In this document: positions 57,499 to 64,000 of the stretch, piece by piece
Layout: the number at the start of each line of letters is the position of its first letter
Numbering within the stretch: the stretch's first letter is position 1
Origin: Plasmodiophora brassicae
Lineage: Eukaryota
Direction of reading: 5' to 3'
Assembly (NCBI GenBank): GCA_036867785.1
Contig: CP145422.1
Location: 930,001-994,000, forward strand
Length of the DNA: 64,000 bases
The notes under the pieces: generated by a model
Databases searched by the model: none
Seen by the model: the letters and a program-made list of their open reading frames with translations, nothing else
What the model was told of the DNA's origin: nothing
Position numbers and translations under genes: made by a program

Positions 57499-60463
57499 AT
57501 GTGGCGATGTGAGACGATGTCCTACCTGCGGATGTTTATTCCGAATGAAGCCGCGCACGCGTTTGTCGATGAGATCGGCCGGCGTGGGGTTATGCAGTTC
57601 GTCGACGTCGGTGTTATCATCGTCCGGCTCGGAACGTATCCTTGACTGTATCGTTGTGCAGATGAACCCCAATCAGCAGTCTTTCCAACGTCGTTATATC
57701 AAATCCATCACAGCATGCAATGACGTTAAGAGAATGGTTGATGCGATCCGATCGTTCCTTGACACGTACGATGTCCCACACGCTGAGGATACGAACTTCA
57801 TCGACTGCCCACCGGTCACTCCGACCCTTATCGAGTCCACATGCGCCACTGTTCGGCAGTACTACGGCCGTCTTGTTAACGATTTCACCGTCGCCAAGGA
57901 ACTGAAAGAGCAGCTGACTACTGAGCAAGAGTAATACCGAATGGTCGAATTTGGTAGATCGTCCATCTGATATGTTGCAGGCTGGAAGACGTCCTTGATA
58001 AGTCGTCAGCTCTGCTGGACGGGTCAGCCTCAGCAGCCAGGGCGCAACTGATGAGCGACGCCGCGCAGGCAGGTTTTCAGGGATTGCTGTCTGATGTCGA
58101 GGCTGGTCATGGGCGCGAACCTGTGTCTTTTCGTTTTTTCTCAGGTGTCCTCAACAAGGTCCAACGCCCGACACTTGAGCGTCAGGTTAGGGTTCGGCAG
58201 TGTACCCGATAATAACATCTGAAGCCAAGTTCCCTAGGTGTTCCTTGCGTCAAGAGGCAATGCTTACGTCGTGTTTTTCGACATTCAGCACCCTACCAAG
58301 GAAGCGTTTGTTATCTTCTTCTTGGGGTTCGTCCTGGAGAAACGTCTCACCAAACTCTGTCATGTCATGTCGATCAATATTTATCTGTCAGGACCCTCCT
58401 GCGGTCTCAAGGACCATCATACTGACGCGGCTCTCGTAGGCAACCTGAAAACGAGGGCGCAATGCCCCAGCGACTGGTCGAGTGCCGCAAGCGACAGGCG
58501 GAAGTCAGGGAAGCTCTGTTCAGGACTGAATCGCAACTCAAGCATGACCTCTTTGGAGTTTCAAGCCTTGTAGGACTGCCATATTTACAAAAGCCTTGTT
58601 CTCGTCTAACTATTCAACAGATTGGCACGTGGGATCGAATCCTATCACAGAGCCGCGCCATTTACTCTACTCTTAACCTGTTCAAGGCTAATGATTCGGC
58701 GCAGATGATGCAGGCTGAAGGGTGGGTCCCTTCGTCTGATCAGTTGTTAGTCAGGGAGGCGCTCAGCAGAGCGCTTGCTGCGAAAGGGTTTTCCGCCAGC
58801 AACAATCCATCAGTTATTCAAGATATCGATTTTTCCGCTCGTCAGGGAGAACTCACACCGCCAACGTTCTTCCGCACGAACAAGTTCACATCAGTCTATC
58901 AGTCGATTGTCGATACCTATGGAGTACCCCGATATGGGGAACTCAATCCCGGTGTGCTGACAATAGTCACGTTCCCATTCCTGTTCGGGGTCATGTACGG
59001 GGACGTTTTCCATGGATCAATGCTTTTCCTGTTCTCGCTGTGGATGGTTCTCAACGAGAAGAAGCTGCAGAATGGGCCTATGGACGAGTTCTTTGGTGCT
59101 GCGTTCCATGGGCGCTACGTGCTGGTGCTGATGGGGTTCTTTGCCACATGTCCGTATCCATCCGTTTGTTGTCACTCCGCCCTAACGGCTATGCATTAGA
59201 CTGCGGTCTAATCTACAACGATTTCACCTCGTTGCCTCTTCGCCTCTTCGATACCGGTTGGAACGAGCACACGCAAACATTCGATGCTGTCTATCCCTTT
59301 GGTGTCGATTATGTAAGGCCTTATCGCTTCGAGTTCACGCATGCCTCTCCTGATGCGCGCCCTGCAGGTTTGGTATGGTACCGACTCTGAAATGGCGTTC
59401 CTGAACTCGCTGAAGATGAAAATGTCCATTGTTATCGGTGTGACACATGTACGTTGTATGCGTCTGCAATGCGTTCCCGAACTGTCCCAACTGAAACTAT
59501 GTAGATGTGTGTCGGTGTTGTTATATCATTATTCAACCATTTGCATTTCGGGAACACCGTGGACGTGTTCTGCGAATTCATTCCCAGAATCGTCTTCATT
59601 GGGTCGTTCTTTGGATACATGGTCTTCGTGATCATCTACAAGTGGTGCCTGGACTGGGCCGCTCTCGGCACGCATCGCGCGCCGAGCCTCATTGTCACAC
59701 TCATCAACATGGTTCTTGGATTCGGAAGGGTCGGTAGCGACAACGACCAGTTCGATTCGGATCCTCCTGTACCGCTCTTCGACTCTCAAGGCTCCGTCCA
59801 GAAGCTGTTGATAACTCTTGCACTGTGTGCGGTTCCCGTTATGCTTTTCCCCAAGCCGCTGGTTCTCTGGTTCCTTCACTGGAAGAAGCAGCGTGCCGAT
59901 GCCGTTTCCGCCTACCATGCGCTGGCGGCAGAGCCACGACAAGACGGAGAGGTCCAGCAGTTCGTTGCAGACGAGCCGCCTGTTGAGCATGAACACGTAA
60001 ATTTGGATTGTCTGAATCTCTTCCTGATCTAACGGTTGGACAGTTCGAATTCGGCGAGCACTTCGTCCATCAGATGATCCACACAATTGAATGTCCGTCT
60101 TGGTAACGCGGAATGCCCAAACGTGTTGGCTGACCGGGGTGTCTGTATGCAGACGTGCTCGGCTGCGTGTCGAACACAGCATCGTACCTGCGTTTATGGG
60201 CACTGTCGCTGGCCCATGCGCGCCTCGCGTCCGTTTTCTTCGGTAAACTCGTGTCGGACAACTACGACAGCGCCGTTGGCATCTACGTCGGGTTCGTATT
60301 CTTCGCGTCGGCCACATTCGGCGTCTTGATGGGCATGGACGTCCTCGAGTGTTTCCTGCACGCATTGCGTCTGCACTGGGTCGAGTTCATGAACAAGTTC
60401 TACAACGCCGACGGGGTCGCTTTCGATCCCTTTAGCTTCTTGACGCTCAACAAGCAAGAGTGA
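57499..60463 (+). CDS. VPH1: V-type H+-ATPase V0 subunit a (VPH1/ATP6V0A), multi-exon
   Basis: PPTFFRTNKFT…YG.P.Y.E.NP…TFPFLFGVMYGD, NSLKMKMS, SNTASYLRLWALSLAH, LHALRLHWVEF.NKFY. Confidence 0.95.
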
Positions 60464-60510
60464 GCGCCAGCGCCCGATTCACAAATACAATACTCCTGTA
60501 CGTATAGTCG

Positions 60511-61635
60511 TCATCGTTGCCCTGTGACATTATGGTTGGGCCCTTGCTCGTCCACCACCACCGTGCTCAGCAGCGTCTGCAGGCAGAGCCGCCTGATGGT
60601 CTGCGCTACGACCCGACTGCCCATCAGGACGTCGGAGCCGTCGCGAAGCACCTGACCAACCTGTCGGCACGAGCTCAGACGATGACGGGGACGGGGGCAC
60701 GCACTCGCTTGCCCAACCTGCTCGCCGTACTTGTGGGCGAGAATATCGGTGCCGGCGCGATACGCGCTATGGACGATCTCCAGGGACGCGTCCGAACAGG
60801 CCAGGCCGACCTGGCAGGCGCCCCGAACCGAACTTCGAACCACTTGCGACAATGCCGATTGCGACACGGTCGACGGTTCCGGTCCACTGACGGCGCTGGA
60901 GAACGCCTCGACCACTGAGTGGCACGTCGTGGCTACCGCGGTGGCCGCCGTCGACGCGGCGTGGACCGTGTCGCGAACGGCAGGGTGCACCGGCAATTGC
61001 GACCTGGACGGCGCGATCCGGCTCTGGACCGCCGCCGACCCGAGCAGCAACGAACCGGATATCAGGGACGAGCAGCGTTTGATGCCTCGCGTGATCGTGC
61101 CCGCACCCTGCTCAATCGACGTGGCCAGCGACGACCTGGCGGGTACCGGCGCCGCCGCGTCGCCACGTTCGGCCAGTTCGACCGTCGTCGCGGGGACGAT
61201 GACGAGCGGTTTGCTGATCAGCCCTTGCGGGCACTGGTCGCGCGGCACGAATGTGCACGCCTGCCTGATGACGTTGACGAGGACCTGCAACGGGCAACCT
61301 CAATCATCACGCCCTGCGACGAACGCACAACGGGCGAGTCGTACCTCGAATGCATCCGCGTCGAGCGTGTCGCCGTCAACGTGCACAATGTGGCACTGGT
61401 CGGAATCGGAATCGAACGCGACAAGCATGTCGTCGTCAGCGTCGATGACGAGGCACTTCCCAGGGAGGCGCAGGGTCCCGTCCGCCCAGACGAGCCGCAG
61501 CGCTCCGTCCTGGCGTCCGCCATCGTCGCGCGGACGCTCGTCTTGTTCGAGTTGGAACGCGCCGGGCGCGCAGACCTGGTAGACGCCCGTGTCGCGCACC
61601 GCCAGCAACGTCGCCACACCGATCGGCAATCGCAT
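60511..61635 (-). CDS. Senescence/spartin-associated domain protein, multi-exon
   Basis: A..I..GA..I.RGI…I.P…V.P…A…T…; T…HKYGEQ.G, typical of the Senescence domain. Confidence 0.7.
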
Positions 61636-62289
61636 CGTCCCGCCCGGTGCTGCCTGTCGTAGAAGGCGTCAAGACCACCGCGATCTGAATGCGCCGCCCA
61701 GAACGCCGACCGCGGGGCAATCAGCGGACCGCCCGTCTTCCAGGAGCGTCTCGCATGGCGAAGACGACGTTGCTGTGCTCGCCCGCCAAATGGCTTGCGC
61801 TCTTTCGTTGATCGTTCATTGTCTGGGTGTATGTGTGTGCGATACGCGCGCCCGTCACTGGTCACCAGGCCTTGCGTCAGGACGTCGACAACGCGGATGG
61901 TGGTGGCCCGCGAAACACCATCGGTCGTCAGCACCCGACGAAAGGCCTTCGGCGGTCGCACACGTGCTCCAACCTATAGCACTCACGGTGGCTCCAGCCA
62001 ACATTGACGTTCATCGCTGGGACGTCCTGCGCCCCCAATGCCCTGCAGCACTTCGCAGCGGAACCGATGCGGTATTATCCCGGCCTGCACAGATGCTGCT
62101 TGTGCCGCGTTATGAAGCAGCCGGAACGCGTCGCCAAGTACAATGGCAGAAGCAGGGAAGACTGCAACGCTGCGTAGCGGTGCGGGCTTAACGTGCCGGT
62201 ACGAGGACATTCTGGAACAGGACCTGATGTTGCGGTACAATAACGCGTCTTTAATCTACAAACAGTTCGAGCGTGGTCTGTCCTGCAAC

Positions 62290-63239
62290 TAGAGATGGCA
62301 GCGGGTCGACCCGACCCGAGTCGACCCGGGTCGACCCGACCCGACCCGACTCACCCGTGGGGGTTCCCAGTCGACCCGGGTCAGACCCGCCGCGCCCGCC
62401 CATGACCCGGGTCGACCCGGGTCGACCCGGGTCATGGACCTGCAGTTGGCATAGCGGACTTGGGGGTGGCAGACACTGATCTCGACAGACTCGACTCTCG
62501 GCCCTCGGGGTGCCGGGACTTGCTGACGGCCGGCCCGCCGTCCCTGGCCGCAGATTGGGCTCCGGAGACAAGGCGATCCTCTGGATCGAGCACCTTCATG
62601 TTGTGTCAACGTACACCCGTCGTCGAGTTTACTTGGCACTAGAGTGCTCGCAAGAATGCCAAGATTGCAAGTCACTCAGTTGCAGACGGCGCCACTTCAA
62701 ATCCCGAATCTTCTTCGTTGGATGCGACGACAGCGATAAACAGCCTTCGAACTTTGCTAAAGTCGAACGAAAAGCACCCAGACCACCTAGAGAAGTGAAG
62801 CTTCCAGCGAGTCCTTCGAGAACGAACTGCAGCGGTGGTTCTCCCACCGGAAATGTCAGGGGAGAAGAGCGCCCGTGACGTTCGCACGTGGTTAGGTTAG
62901 TTAGCAACTGTTTCCACGGGTCGCGATGAGGGCACGTGACTTCATGGGCTTCAACCTCGGTTACGCCGCACGCGCCTGAGCGACCCAGCGGGCCAGCAGC
63001 GAGTGCCATATGCGAATTGCAGTCCTTCAGACGACGTATTCTATTAATTCGTCGACAGTCATGTCTTATGGAGGTGTTTCCCGGCCAGTGGCCTGACATT
63101 CATTCCGACCCGGGTCGACCCGGGTCTGACCCGGGTCTGACCCGGGTCCGACCCGTTGGCCTCAGGACTCGACCCGGGTCAGACCCGACTCGGCAGGTCC
63201 CTGACCCGCCCGACCCGGGTCGACCCGTTGACATTACTA
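62290..63239. mobile_element. Non-autonomous hAT-like element (MITE-like, 950 bp)
   Basis: Imperfect TIRs TAGAGATGGCAGCGGGTCGACCCG / TAGTAATGTCAACGGGTCGACCCG; 8 bp TSD CCTGCAAC/CCTGCAAG; dense GACCCGGGTC subterminal repeats. Confidence 0.85.
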
Positions 63240-64000
63240 CCTGCAAGTTCGAAACTGGTCGTCGGCCTGGTCGCACCCGTCACGCATCATCACGCAAAGT
63301 CCTGGCCGCACTTGGACTGGACGCGCTCGCGGCCTGGCCGCAGCCCGCGCACGCAGAATAGGGGGTCCTCCAGCACACCGTGCGCCGTGCGGGCATTGTT
63401 CGACACGAGTGCAGCGAGTCCAGTGACAGGGGGTGGGTGGATGGAGGAGGGATTTGTCACGGGCGGCCGGGCGGCCGGGTTATGGGCATCGTCGTCGTCG
63501 CCGTCGTCGTCGTCAGTACGCGACGGCCTGCTATGGGTTCGCGTCCAATCGCGATGGCGCAAATGCCATGTGCGCGCAAACGATTTCGAGATCCGCACCA
63601 ATGCAGGTTCGTCGGGGGAGGTTCATACCGGCCGTCGGTCAGTCAACGTGCTGCGTCGACTGCGGACCCGGCTGCCGTTTGCCATCACCGGTGAACGCTT
63701 CAAGATGTACCTCGCCGCGTCGCCGTCACGTGAGCTAGACAGCTGGGTAACCGTTCTGCGAAAGGTATTCTACATTCGACCTACGGACGTCCACACCTAC
63801 TTGGTTTCTGAAGAGTTCTGCAGACTACAATGCTCGTCACGGGCGTTCCGACCGCCGATGACGTCGAGCAAGCGGTTGCACAGTTTGAAAGCCGAATGTG
63901 CTGCAACTGGTGCCACCTTCGGTGAACGATCGCCAATGGTTGCAGTCCGACGGTCGATTCCCGAACGCCCGCTTCTGCGTGGAACCAGAGGTCGATATCG

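Noticed and set aside
63250-64000. Possible gene start at the window end
   Set aside because: Not enough evidence to assign frame or product.

Overview
Compact, GC-rich eukaryotic (protist) DNA with many ~50-60 nt GT-AG introns. The style resembles a phytomyxid such as Plasmodiophora brassicae, but that is inference only. Two housekeeping blocks flank an accessory region. The left block (1-11.6 kb) holds PRP22, VPS8, a G-protein gamma subunit, ankyrin, CAP_C and Dpy-30 proteins and MoaA; its partner MoaC sits just inside the accessory region (13.4-14.1 kb). The right block (46.7-61.6 kb) holds a DHHC PAT, a methyltransferase, RFWD3, an AP endonuclease, U1A/U2B'', an HMG-box protein, a Sel1 protein, 2x tRNA-Val, V-ATPase subunit a and a senescence-domain protein. 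The ~34 kb accessory region (11.7-45.5 kb) is a tandem array of about ten intronless paralogs encoding signal peptide + PA (protease-associated)-like ectodomain + seven TM helices, i.e. an unusual GPCR-like receptor family. Five copies are intact. One is cleanly split by a young chromodomain Ty3/Gypsy element, one by a 7.6 kb chimeric insertion (carrying a pogo element and a signal peptide/U-box/TM gene), and one by a CACTA remnant; two are deleted or decayed. Two non-autonomous hAT elements with 8-bp TSDs are also present. All protein identities come from motif recognition by eye; no database search was run.
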